Part shown: in pieces, positions 1 through 13,215 of the stretch
Position numbering within the stretch: position 1 is the first letter of the stretch
How the letters are laid out: each line of letters begins with the position of its first letter
Assembly: GCA_002633005.1 (NCBI GenBank)
Contig: NMRA01000551.1
Span: 140,809 to 204,808 of the forward strand
From: Phoronis australis
Taxonomy: Eukaryota > Animalia > Phoronida
Reading direction: 5' to 3'
DNA length: 64,000 nt
Notes under the pieces: generated by a model
Told to the model about the DNA's origin: nothing
What the model saw: the letters and a program-made list of their open reading frames with translations, nothing else
The model's database searches: none
Program-made: the position numbers and the translations under genes

Positions 1-3000
1 GATAACTGTGTGATAGCAAGAGATTCAAAAAACGCTGTTCAACGGATCCATTTTCCAAAATGACGTCAAGCAGCAGCAATTTTGCAAAACAAGTAAAGTA
101 CATAAAGACTCCCAATTCACAATAATTGCTGAACATGTGGCCATGGCATTTGCAACATGAAACATTCAAGGCCAGTGCTACATGACTACCACCTTGTTTT
201 CACACAGGATGCAGTGTGGATTTTGCAACACAAAAATGGAACACAAAATAACCAACCATTTTTTTTAGCAAAAGATACCAAAAATCAAAACAGAACCCAC
301 CAAAGACGAATTTCTAGTGACCTTTTGCTCAGTAAAAGCTATGGTCTCAAGGCGGAAACGGACTATTTTTAGCAGCTGTTTGTACAACTGAGTGGACACA
401 AAAAGGGAATCCATTGGTAGTGAGTTTCCATTACAAACATCACCCCTTCAAAAAGTTCTATTTTAGTAACAACCAACATTTTTTGTTTGTAGAGCTTTCA
501 AAGGGATTCCCCTCATGGGGAACGGAATCAGAAAAGCACCTTTTCAATGGAATTAGGTAGGAAAAGGCACTCTTCTGTGTCCAGAAAAGCCCTATCTGAG
601 CAACTTCTTCAGTAGAACCCGGAAACAAAACACACGATACAGAGAGGGCAAAGACAGGATTTCTCAACCTGATTCTTTGGACAAAGAATTGATTGCCTAT
701 CCAACTCATTCTAAGCTGTACTTTACACTGGTAGGGTAATCATTCCAGCCCCAGATAGGTCTAGTACTCCTCACACTAACTCCAATGGCATGTAGGAAAG
801 TAGCATTAACACACCTAAATAGGTATTATGGTAAATTTCCTGAAATTCAAACAAAAATAATTGCCAAAATGGTGATTTTTCATGTTAAAAATTACATCAA
901 TAGTTTGTTGATGACGGATGTACAGTCACTATAAATTGTGCAAATAATGAAGCAAACTTTTCATTCTATATATATTATATTCAAAGATTTTCATAAATAA
1001 AATTTCATCAGTGTTCCACCATATTGTGTTCTAAATTGAGAAAAAACTTTACAGCAACACGTTTCTAATGCATGTCAACTGTGTGTATTCAGTGAGGTGA
1101 TTCTTTAGGAGTTTGACAAGATCACACTAGTGGTCATGTTTCGTGTGAAAGTTCATAACCTTATAAGCATACACTGGCAAATAACTGCTGAAAAAAAACA
1201 CTTCTCAGAATGTTGAATGGGAAAAATGCTAGTAAACTCAATACTTTTATTGCACTGGCCAAGAGGTCTTGATGCGTCTCTAGCATTACAGAACACGCCC
1301 CCAGGCCTTCAGTAAGTCTGAGCTTTATCAAAGAGCTTTATCACAAAGAGCAAGAAAGACAGAAAATGTTGAACAATGAGCAAAGTATTTGAAAATAAAC
1401 CAAAATTACAGGTATAAGGCCTACTGCTTCTTCTCAGCAACTTAAAACATTCCATTTGCAATCTGAGAAAAGAATTGTTTTTAGATTTTAAAACCTTACT
1501 AGCTTAGTAACAAAAATGGGAGTCCCTCCAACTGGAAAACACCTTCACACAATATTTTGCCTAAATACTTAACACGGCTCAAAGGAGTGAGGGCTTGTTG
1601 AAACAAAAATAATTTAAGGACAGACTAACATCAAAGTTATGATTAGACTTAATGTGACACTTTTGTTCAATTTATCACACCTAACAAGTCAAAGGAAAGT
1701 TTAAACAGCACAAAGAATGCAGAGTAATTTCATTTAACTTCTCATGGCAAATTGACAGCACATTTATTTACATTACTTGAACAAACGTAATATCAACAAT
1801 AAGCCTATCCCAAACATTTGTGTTAGTAGATAATTCACTGAAGGATACCAATAGTAAGGTTGTACCATTAACAACAGTGACTGACAGTTCCATGTACCTA
1901 AATAAATGTTTTCAAACCATTTCCTGCAGTCAAAACAACAAAGTTAAATAACAGCTATATATTCCAGGTATAGAAACAACAAACCAGCAAGTTCACAGTT
2001 CCATTCAAGAGCATCTAAATTAATTGTGCTTCAAATAAGTTATAAAAAGTTATGTAATACACTGGCCTGGAGTCCTATCATACTGAAAATGCAATTGCCT
2101 GATGCATTGCCCCTGGTTTACAAAAACATTACTTGGGGGAAATTACATTAACTGCTAGCTTGGCAGCCAGGTGACAAGAGCTTGTTGTGAATTTGTCTGA
2201 GAAAGTCAATTAATTTACTGTACATGACATCTGAGTCCGTGCTGACAAGAAAACAATACCAGAACACTGGCAGACAAAGGGCAGACAAAGGACCCTATCA
2301 AATTGTTTTTAGAGCTGGGAAGGGTAAGGCCATCATATGTAAAGTAACTGTGGACTGGTTTTACATTGGTCAACATAACATTGCCATTCTCCTGACATGA
2401 ATAAGCAAAGTGTAAATTTTGCTCAAGAGAAAAATTTTGTTCCTTCCTGTTACCAGCTGAGTTTACATTGAGAGGTGTATACATATACAGAAGTCTGACA
2501 TATGTTTTAACTCTTGGTGAAAGGTTTAGCTGCATTTACCAAATGATAATCCAGATTTAAACTGGCTTTCAGGGAAAATGAAACATTAAGAATTCTAGAC
2601 CAGCAACTGACTACAAAAGTCAGTTACCCCCAAAAGTGGAATATTTTGGCACAGATAATAATTTGCCATCAAAAGAAATCAGGGGTGCTGTACATAGAAC
2701 AAAGTTCTTGCAAGAAAACCAAGATCACACAGGACCTCATGAGTGAAATGCGAGTGATTCGCGAGCAAGCTGGAGACCTTTCTAGTACAAACTAGCAAAA
2801 TGGCCAACAGTGAAGTCATTGGTCCAAGAGGATTGGATGTTGAGTAATGGGAGAACACTAAGGTTTCCCCATTTCTCATGTTACCAAACACACTCCAAAT
2901 TTTGTAAAAAAATGGACCTGGTAAAACCACCAACTTTGAGGACTACCTTTGTTTATTTTGAAAAGGAACCACTGACAAAGACAGAGCTACTTAAATAAAC

Positions 3001-4004
3001 GTCACCAGTCCTTAACAACTAATTAAAGTGAAATTAAGTGAACTTGATCTGTGGCTAGTTTGACCACAGCCAGTGATAGACCACAAGTCTTGTTTGGCTG
3101 GGGTCACTGGAAACCAGCCATCAGTGATAGATGGCACTGAACAAAGACTCCCTGCTGATCTGTTGACAATTAATCAGCAGGGAATGGCTGGGACTACACT
3201 GGGTTTGGTCTGTTTATTGTTTGAACAGCCAGAGCTCAGGTCAACAATGGCTTGAGCAGTAAATCCTTTCCCCAATACTTCCTCACTTGAAAACCTGGGA
3301 GGCATTCTCTAGAGGTGGAAATCTCACAAAAACGCAAGAAAACACACAATTTCGTAAAGTACATGATCACATTAACTTCCTAAAGCAAGATTCTTGTGTC
3401 TATGAAACTCTACCCTGGCCTGCATACTGCAGATGTCACAAATTTGCAAACAATGCAAGATCACGCACTAGTCATCGCGAGACATCGGTATGCATTACAA
3501 GTGAAGCACCGGATACCTGAATTGTATTTACAAAAGCTTTTCTGATGTAGGAAATCACTGGCAGTTACCATATTGGCAGAACAGTACTTCTTCTTCTCAA
3601 AACGGTTAATAAATGCTACAATTGATTCAACAGAGTAATTTTTTCGTTATCTTTTAATTGCTGTGAAATACTGTCCTCCGAAAATTTGAAGGAGAGTAAA
3701 TTACTAACGTGGCTAACTGACTGAAATTGCTGACTACAGTTATTACTGGTAAATGATTTAGAGAAGAGATTAGTTATAAACTCACCAGCACTCAATATTT
3801 TGGAGTCCTTAATTTTTTGTAATTTGTAATGACCCCTCAAATATTCATATTGACTGCTGCTGTGGTAGGCCAAATATCGTTTTAATTCCTTCTCTAAACT
3901 TTTCGCCATGTCACAGAGATCTTGTGACTAGATCCTGTGTATTTTCTATAACGAGCCGTCATTTTACCACAGCGCCACCTGCACGTCGCCTAACATGTTT
4001 TTAA

Positions 4005-4218
4005 AGCTGCATTGTGCCTTCTTTATCTGGCTAAAAACAAAAATCGAGTTAGGCTTTTTACTCCCATAAAATCAGTCTGCTAATATTCCTTACCATGATA
4101 GGATTACCAACACGAACATCAAAACTCACAGTTTATTGGGGTTGAGACCGATTTTAAGGGAATAGAAGGCCTAACTAGATTTTTGATTTAAGCCCGCTAA
4201 ACAGGATGAAATGTAGCT
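4005..4218. mobile_element. MITE with long imperfect TIRs and TTAA flanks (Kolobok-like)
   Basis: ttaa|AGCTGCATT...AATGTAGCT|ttaa; arms aaaaatcgagttaggcttttta / tagaaggcctaactagattttt are complementary. Confidence 0.65.
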
Positions 4219-4598
4219 TTAAGTAACCTCAAAATATGACCACTTACAGTTACCTCTATCAAGCTATTGCACAACAGTTGTGTGTTCAATGTGTTCAATG
4301 TGCTCAAAGGCTAAGTTTTTCACTGACTTTCAATACTGCGCTGATTTTAGCGTGTGCACTAAGAACATGCTGAGACGATGCGGCTTATGACTGCATTGAT
4401 ATAACCTTATGACATTTATTATTTTGTAATAAAAACAACTGTTATATGACTGCAAAATATAGTATACAAATGATAGTTTCTTTGTCTATTCCGGGCAGTT
4501 AAAATCTCTCCACAAGGTTTTGGGTTAAAAACTACAAGGTGACTGACTGCACATAATCAAAAGCCACGAATTAGTTAACCAAAGTAATTATATTATAA

Positions 4599-5092
4599 GG
4601 CCCTTTCACACTAACGCCAACGCCTCAATGTTTTGGAGAGTTGCAGTTAGTATGAACCGTTACCTTCAATCCTGGATTGAAGTTAACAGCACCAGTTAAC
4701 TTCGCAGTAAACAAGTGCATTTAACAGCGGAGCATCGATGCTGCGGTGCAGTATGAACGGTCAACTTTGGTCCTATTGAAGTTACTGCCAGGTGTCACTG
4801 TTATCGTCAACAGTTAAAGGGCAGTGTTGTCGCTAATAGTTCCTTATATTTTGGTCGAATAATCACCGATCGAATTAGAAATAAGTTTTATGTCAATTAA
4901 CATTTGTAAATGTTACCAAATTGTCACATTAAATAATCTTAGCATGCAGTGCAACCTTGTGATTACTTCGATGACAACAGCGTTTACTTTGCTGTCCATT
5001 AACTCACAAAAGACGGCATGAACGATTCAGTTAACTTTGCAGTTTATGTCGACGTTCTGCTCAGACCTGTGTTAAGTCAGTCTCAAAAGGCC
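4599..5092. mobile_element. Harbinger/PIF-like MITE; related copies at ~54518-54937 (inverted) and ~40538-40620 (partial)
   Basis: TIRs GGCCCTTTCACACT / AGTCTCAAAAGGCC; internal gcagtatgaacggtcaactt and ttatgtcgacg occur in reverse complement in the other copies. Confidence 0.65.
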
Positions 5093-6074
5093 TATATAAC
5101 TATTATTGGCTTTCATAATCGTTCATTATAATATTTTTGGGTCTGAAAACTATCACACTGACCTCAAAAAAGACCATAACTGCATATACGGAACATTAAT
5201 GCTGAGCACAGGCTGCTTTACGGGTTGAGGGGTTCAGGCCCTCCCCTTGTGCCTCCCACTAACAAACGGAGAAAAGTTTAGCGAATTCCTATTCTATCAT
5301 TAAATACTCATTACCACTTATCATCAGCCAGCGTGGAAAAATTGACAAGGAAACATCCTTAGACTTTTTGAAACCATTGATTAATAGTAGCTTGGCATTT
5401 AAAACCGGGGTCTCCTTATAAATTCATCTAAGAATACTTGTTTACATAGGTACCCCAACAATCTGGCAAACTTTCCATGACAAAAACAACAAGTCTCATG
5501 CCACATTGGTCATAAACAAATATTCTGCTTCTTAAGCATACAGATGGAATAAAAAATCTACTAAAAGTCACTGCACCTTTTGATATTGCAAGTTAAGTGA
5601 ATTCTGGCTTCAAATCACCCCTGTCTCCTACAAAAAGGTCAATAGAATTTCCATGCAGTACTTAAATAAAAACTATATTATTGGCATAGACCCTTCGCTA
5701 TAACTTTAAATGTAGTCCTCTGGTGCTTCAGCTCTGCAGTGGGACAGTTTCAACATTGTATAACCTTATCACAGCAGGCTTCAGTGGACATTGAAACTAG
5801 CTTAAATCCTTAAATATTTATGCAGGTAGTTAGCAGTTAATCCAAACAGACTGATCAGATTATGGCTTCAAATGAAATGAAAAAGTAAGTCGTGACTGAA
5901 TAGGGTCAGGTATCACATACCAGACAAAAATGTTTCTTTAAACTGTTAGAGTAATAAATAGTTGTCTGACATGATGAAAATGTTGTGAACATGGCTTACC
6001 ACATAAAAAGGCTTTAAGATCCTAAGAACGTTCACAAAAAATAAAGTTAGTTTGGAAACAGTTTGAACCTTTGC

Positions 6075-6207
6075 AACCAGTTGTCTGAATGATATGACTA
6101 GGTGAGAACCAGTTGTCTGTATGATATGACTAGGTGAGAACCGGTTGTCTGTATGATATGACTTGGTGGGAACCAGTTGTCTGTATAACACGACTAGGTG
6201 AGAACCA
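6075..6207. repeat. 32-bp minisatellite x4
   Basis: unit aaccagttgtctgtatgatatgactaggtgag. Confidence 0.9.
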
Positions 6208-8493
6208 ATCCTTGTGGCTTCATCACATACTGTGCACAAGTTTGTGAAGTCCTCGGAAAAAATGTTTTAGTTCTAAGACAAGTTAAGAAGTAGAAAAGTA
6301 ATCACAGTGATTGTGAGCCACATATACAGACAGACTGTTGCCAAATATCTCTATTCTGACAATAGTTATTACTTGTAAACACCACTATTAAATGTTTGCA
6401 CTTGGTTTTGTTGTCCTTCACCCTTGAGGCAATGCGTATTCATAGTGAATAATGGCCTGTTTTGTGTCTATAAACAGACCTGCTTTCATTTCCACTCATA
6501 TGGCATTGAACAGTAACTTCAAGGTTAGGGATTAGACTAGATCTTCTTTGTTGTCAGGACACTCACACTGTCCCCTACATTACAGAATAATGTGGCCATC
6601 CTGAAAGTTGTCTGGATGAAAACTGGGATTTCATGATAAAAAACTTACAACACAAGGATACTTATATGAGAATTGCGCAGTGTTTCAATGACATGCATGA
6701 GTATAACATAGCTGTGATGTCACTTGAGCAACTGAAATGGCACAGTGATTATTGATAACAGTGTTGAATTAAAAAATGCATTTCAAAATTGCTTAAAACT
6801 TTCGAACTTTGAATTACTCCTTTAATCCATACAAACGACAGAAAAAGGTGGAATATATCATCTCCGGATCAGCCCCAAATTGCAGGCTTGGAAGTTGAGG
6901 TGATTCCATTGTCTACCAAATGTTCAGAAGTGTTCACTTCTGAAACAATTCAGGGACAATTTTTTCCCAATAGGAACAAGAAGTATTTGACATAATAGTC
7001 TTAATTTGCAAACACAAAATTCACCAACTACAACTGTCAGGACTAGTGAAAAGATAGACAGTGACCACCGGAGCCAGTGGAGACAGTGGTCACTGTCGAA
7101 TGAAAAGATGCAATGTTCACGTTTCGACTTTATCCATTTTTAAGCTAATGCCAAGGGTCTAAATGATCGCGGTTTTGACACTTTTGCTTGTAGGCTTTGA
7201 AACTAGAAGGACTCTATTTGTTTTTAAAACTAGGGGATAAAACAAAAACGGTTAAAACAATTTAAAAGTATAATACTTTAAAAAATTGTTTTAAACAGTG
7301 AACGTAACTTGATTTCTTTGTTTCGCTTCAACTATATTTATCACGCATCAAAAATTATGAGTCAACAGGTCAACAACAGAAAGTTTAAAATATGTGAATA
7401 AGATTGCCAAGGATGAAGAATGTGTTTGAAGCAAGCGATCTACAAGGCATAGTGATAAAGAGGACTAAAGTGATCTACGACGGGATGTTCACTCTAAGCA
7501 GTTTAGATTTCCCTCGGTCTCAGTGAACGAAAGTACCGGTAAAACTCTTAAATAATAAGATGAAAACTTACAGTATAGTCGTGTCTTTGGACACTTTTGG
7601 AATGCGATCCAGTTGCAGGAACATGCAACGAACGGTTGTTCGGAAGCACAGGCATCTGTGAGGGCAAGACTGCGCTGATACGAGGGCTGTAACGCCAAGG
7701 AAGATCAACAGCTTGAAAGCTCCCATTCCGACACACTAACTGCTGACCGGCGACTGAACTGAGCAGATCAGCTGTGAGGGCGGACAACACAGCTAACACA
7801 TCGACTAAGAAAATAGTGCACAACCCCTTCACAACTTAACTACATATTGCAGGGTTCCCATTGAATGAAAAGCCATTAAACCCATTAAACATCGTCAATG
7901 AAATACATGTAAAAATATTAGAGAACCAGTTTATGAGTCTTTTGATGTTCATGAACTTGTAAATAATGAAGTTTCGCACACGAAGGCGTTAGAATATCTT
8001 GACATTTGGCTTCCGTTATCACCTGTGGGTCTGATATTCCTGCCTTTGATGTTGTAATAAAAAGTTCTTATGTTAAATGGTGATCTCCTAAAATAATTGT
8101 TGTTATGAATAATCAAGAAAGTGGTGTGGCTTGTTTTATTGCAGAATTAGGTACGAGTCTTCAAGAGTCTACCGTGCCATCTATCGGCCGTAAGTTTGAG
8201 ATTCCAGAGAAAGTTGCCAGCCGGGCTATGTGCTACAGGAACGTGTGAATGCAAAACATGTTACAGTAGTAACTGGATTTGAGTGAACAGCGGTTACTTT
8301 AACCAAATGTTGTGAGCTCCCTACCCGAGACGTATTTAACAGTTTTAGGTTATGAACCACCTTATCGACTAGTCTGCGTATTAGCCGAATATCTATGAAG
8401 TAGATTTTAACTCGATAAAAGTATGCGATTATTTTCTGTAAGTAGAAACCAAGTAAAATTTGCTAATTGACTTAACCAATCTGTCATTCATTG

Positions 8494-9930
8494 GGTCACG
8501 TAATAATATCTTTTTGGTAAAATTTGCTAAAGAAGAAAGGTGCATGAATAACAAAACAACGGCCTCAGTAATACGACCAAATTTCATTTGATATAAATGT
8601 TCTAGATGATGTCTCAAAAACATTGTAGTTTGATTACTTATCATTTCGTTTTCGACTTGAGCAACTTTTGAATTTTTTAAATTCCATTTTGGATAACTCT
8701 TCCTGAAAAAATTGAGCATTTTAAAATCTATTCATAAAAGCGTTTTGAAGAACAGTGCACAAAGCATAGTATCTTAGATACGATGTCCCGTAGATCGCCA
8801 AATCTGGACAATTTTCTTAGGTCCTACGTACAAACTCGCACGCAGAATCAACTTGTGGAAGTCGTTACGAATAGTTTATTGTTTTGCATAAAATCACTCG
8901 GTATCCGGTCTACTGAAATATTGATACAGCTCCGAATACGACAAAATGGTTCGTATTTGTGACTATGAAAACTTCGTGGCCACAACAGTTGCAAATTAAA
9001 CATGACCAAAAACAATTCAAAGAAACGTTTTCCGTTATCTCGTAAAAACAGAATTATGCGAAATTATCTAATATAATGTAAAAAATGTGTCAGTCGTTTT
9101 GAGGCATTTTCAATCGATTCGTATATCTACAAACGCAAAGTCGGCTTCGGCATTCCGCAGGTTGTTTGGGATCAAGGGGTGGCAAATATTCTGGGCGCCA
9201 GAGGGCGCGACATAGAACAGTTGTGAGTGGTGCGGCGATACTGGGGGGATGGACTGGCGAAGTCTGTTGAGTCATGAGCCATTTTACCATGATGTTCACA
9301 TTTTAAAAACCTTTACCGTTTAAATCTGACATTTTCAATGTTAAAGACTATCCGCGTCAATTTTCAACCTTAATCTAAATCGGTCATTTTTCATAGGGTT
9401 AAACTTTAATGCTACACCGGCTGCATTTTTTGGTCGCGTCCGCGGGTGGGGCGGTCCCGGGTACCCTTAAATTCTCTTTATTTAGAAACCGTTTACAAAG
9501 GTAACTAAAACCATTCAACTCAATATCGCCAGCAGATCACAGAACCCTTTATTGCGTTTTTAAACTTATGTAAACCTCACTGACCAGTCCGTACAGTTAG
9601 CCGGATATTAAATTATACAATTTAACTATGCAAAAGTAAATATTTTCTGAGAGCAGAAACTCCGTAGAATCATGTCGTTAATAAGGTCACGTGAACCTGC
9701 AATTTTAAGAAAAAATTTGAGAAAAGAAAGGTGCACTCATAGCAAAACAACAGGATCAATGATACAACAAATTTTCGTGATATGAATGTTCCAAATAAAA
9801 ACTCAAAAAATGTTACAGTTTCCTAAATTATCGTTTTTGCTTTATGTAACTTTTAATTTTTTTCATTAAAATCCTACAAGTCCTATTTTCGATAGCCCCT
9901 CATGCAAAAGTGGAACATTTTAAAAGGCTG
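8494..9930. repeat. Diverged direct repeat pair (~8494-8770 and ~9685-9930), probable transposon remnants; related piece near 37458
   Basis: shared ggtcacgt...aaatttg...agaaaggtgca...caaaacaac...ctcaaaaa blocks; cccctcatgcaaaa.tggaacattttaa recurs at 37458. Confidence 0.5.
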
Positions 9931-10151
9931 TTTTATTACCGTTCTCAATACTCTGAAGGAACCGCAAGAACAAAATGCAAAGCCTGTTCGTGAAATCATC
10001 AAGGAAAGTGCCAGGCAGCCGAGGTGCTCAGTACCTACAGTTGTACCGTCATCATACTCATGGGCGCACCCAGGGGGCGCTCGGGTGGCTCAAACCACAG
10101 CCATTCAGTTTTCATTAAATATCACAGAACTAAAACAGTAACATTAGAATG

Positions 10152-10157
10152 TTTATT
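10152..10157 (-). terminator. Candidate poly(A) signal AATAAA for POMGNT1 (implies ~3-kb 3'UTR)
   Basis: First canonical minus-strand AATAAA I found downstream of the stop. Several ATTAAA variants occur earlier, so usage is uncertain. Confidence 0.3.
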
Positions 10158-10488
10158 TAAAGTTGACAATGTCAGTTTCTTGCTCAAAATGTCTCAGTAA
10201 GCATCAACAAGGTGCAACTTAACACTTGGTAATTAAGTTGCCATAAACAATTTTCTTGTGCCAAAAAACAAAACAACTTTCTTCACAGAACCTATTTTTT
10301 CATCCAATGAAACATAAAAATATTATAAGCCTGGTTGAATAGAACTTGGTAACAACAAAAAACATGAAATTCCTTGGACAAGTCAAACTACATGTTTTGG
10401 CTGCTGAAGGTAACCAACTAATCAGCTAATCAGCCAGTTCCTTCTCAAGGCTAAAAATCATTTTTAATCCCAGAAAGGAACAAGATAA

Positions 10489-10864
10489 GATCGTGTAAAA
10501 AATACGCAAACTAACTTTCCAGGAGACAGGATGTAACACAGATGGTCCAATGTATCAGCCGACTACAATAGGTTTTCGTCAGCAACTGGGATACCTGCTG
10601 CACTTTGCACTTTCGTTGTTAAATAACAGTTGATCGTACATGGGGGGATGGGTAATTTGACACCCAGTCATGGATCAACAGGGGGCGCTGTTGAATTGTT
10701 ACCTGGGTGTTAACTTAACCCCTTGTATGGTCAAAAGCTATAATAGCAACGAAAGCGTGGCAGGTATCTCAGTCGCTGATGAAAGCTGACTAAAATCGAC
10801 TGAAAATTTGACCACCTGCATTATATCCCGTATTCAAGTAAATTTGCACATTTCTAACATGATA
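10489..10864. repeat. ~375-bp imperfect palindrome
   Basis: arms ttttcgtcagcaactgggatacctgc / gcaggtatctcagtcgctgatgaaa and tttcgttg / caacgaaa; centre caacagggggcgctgttg. Confidence 0.75.
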
Positions 10865-12175
10865 TCAGAAGACAATGAACAATCTATTTCATCAACTTTA
10901 TAATGTTACCTAGTTCAAATAAAAGTTGGTGCGGACGTATTGCACCTTCAACATTCATATCTCGCATACATTTACATGTAACATTCAAGATATTCTTGAT
11001 TATACAAGCACACAATTTCACAATGTTGGGCTATCTTTCTAATTACTCAAATACAGCAGCAGTATAAGTTACAGACCATTCAAATGTACAGCTCTTCTAA
11101 AATTTCATTAATATTTACAAATAATTCAAAAAGAGACCCATCATAAACTACTTACAAAGATATACAAACGCTCCACAAAAAGTGGGATAATATCTACACC
11201 ATGAGATTTCAACAACTGAGTTGACTGGTCAGTTTGACAAAACGAGACATTTCTGTACCCACGAAAAGGTGATAGAACACAAATATTATTTTAAAGATAT
11301 AAAAGTACTGGGGAAAAGACTGAGCACCCAGAACACAAAATGTGTTCTGTACACAATAATTGATATTTTTTACTATCACTGTTAGTTATAAAAATGTGAA
11401 CTGAATATTCGACACTCATTCAGTTTACAAAATCACATCACAGCCACCAGATATAGAAATGGTCAGTTAATACACTGCTAGACAATTTCAAGCATTCCAC
11501 GATTCTTAATCATTATCAGAGAATACACACCACTGTTGTGGACAACCTGCTATTTAATCAGTGCTGCCAACCCGTCCAAAACATAACCAGTAACCTTCAA
11601 ACTAAAATCCATATTTTGCAAGTGATAACCTACGACAATTTCTAAAACTTTATATTTTAATTTCAATCAAAAGATGGCAAGATGCACCTTAAAACAACAC
11701 ATTGGAGTTTCAGGTCATGTTCAAGTCAAATGGCTTACCACATTGTGCCATTGGCATGGTTGATTTCTTCCCAACAGTCAAAGGGTTTCGTGAAATCTCA
11801 GTGATTTCTGAGCGACATTGACGTAGAGGCACCTAGGCTCTCAGTATTAAGTTGATGCAACTAAATGTGGTGAATTTTTTACCCTTTTCTAAATTTAATC
11901 TAATTTGTTCGAATTCATTTGCCTCCAAAATTCTGAGCTCACAACTTTACATGAGTTTTTACAGTACATGATATGAAAATTTCAAAATTTACCAGAACAC
12001 ATGATCTACCAGATTTTCCTGACCTGAACTTTGCCAATCTAGATTCAAAAATGCCTAAGTCAACCTGAAAGTTACCATCAACTGATTTTTAAAGAAAAAT
12101 CAATGCTCAAAATCCGTAACATTTGAACATCCATAGATAACTATTTTAATGCCCTAATAGTGTGTAAACTACGGG

Positions 12176-12324
12176 TAAATCTGTAAGAGGTGGCAGCACT
12201 GTTCAGTGAACTGATGGTTTGTGAGAACAACTCCAGTAACAGTGCTGTAAATCTGCAAGAGGTGGCAGCACTGTTCAGTGAACTGATGGTTTGTGAGAAC
12301 AACTCCAGTAACAGTGCTGTAAAA
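12176..12324. repeat. 72-bp tandem duplication in the probable 3'UTR
   Basis: gtaaatctg(t/c)aagaggtggcagcactgttcagtgaactgatggtttgtgagaacaactccagtaacagtgct x2. Confidence 0.9.
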
Positions 12325-13148
12325 CTAATTACAATTTCACACGTCAAGCAAATGTAACTCTCATATTTGTATCATATTAATCTAATAATACCCAGAGTAT
12401 TTGTAATTATAATTTGTTCTCTACATTTAATACACAAACTTTTGTAATACCCATTTACTTGGCAGACCTTGCATGTGAATAGGGGTTACACAGTAACACG
12501 TGATTGATGATATACACAATGAGATGATCAACACAAATCCTACAAAAATACAATATTAATGATGAAATTTCCAAGAAAGTGACGCTCTACCACATGGGTG
12601 GTCACATGAAACTGGAGGTAACATGTCACCTGGGACCTATGACCCTTTTCTCGTGTGCGCGAGCAGCCAGCTGCTACGTGAGACATATAGCCCTTTGTCA
12701 AATAAGAACAATGGTCCCTGGTCACGCGGACCAATGTCCTTTTGTAATGTCCAACAGCGACATGTCACATGGAATTCAAGGTGACTTGTGACTTATAACA
12801 AGGGTCCAATAGTGACTTGTTTGTTACATGACACAGACGGTCACAAATAAACAATCAAGACTTGGCACATACAGATGATGAAGACGTATCGTGTGAACTG
12901 ATTACAACTGAATTGACAGTGACTTCGATGGAACCAATGATGACCCATGGTGACTTGTCAGACAGTATCGATTCCATATTGTGTTAAGACTGTACTCATT
13001 TACTTCAACCTTGACCATGGTTAAGCATAACCAAATGAGAAGTCGAAGTCAAAGAAATCGCCAGCTACAAGTGATCCCGCCAGTATCCAAATGCAGTTTC
13101 ATTCACACATTATTATGTAGGATGACCCTGATCACGCGGAGACAACAG

Positions 13149-13215
13149 TTAGTGCTTCTCTGGCTCTGTAGGTGGCGGTATGTACAGAGGCGTTACACCC
13201 TCCGGCTTGTGCTTA
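13149..13215 (-). CDS. POMGNT1: POMGNT1 last coding exon ([21 protein letters not shown])
   Basis: tttccag acceptor; matches human KKPPSVTPIFLEPPP; TAA at 13151-13149. Confidence 0.92.
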
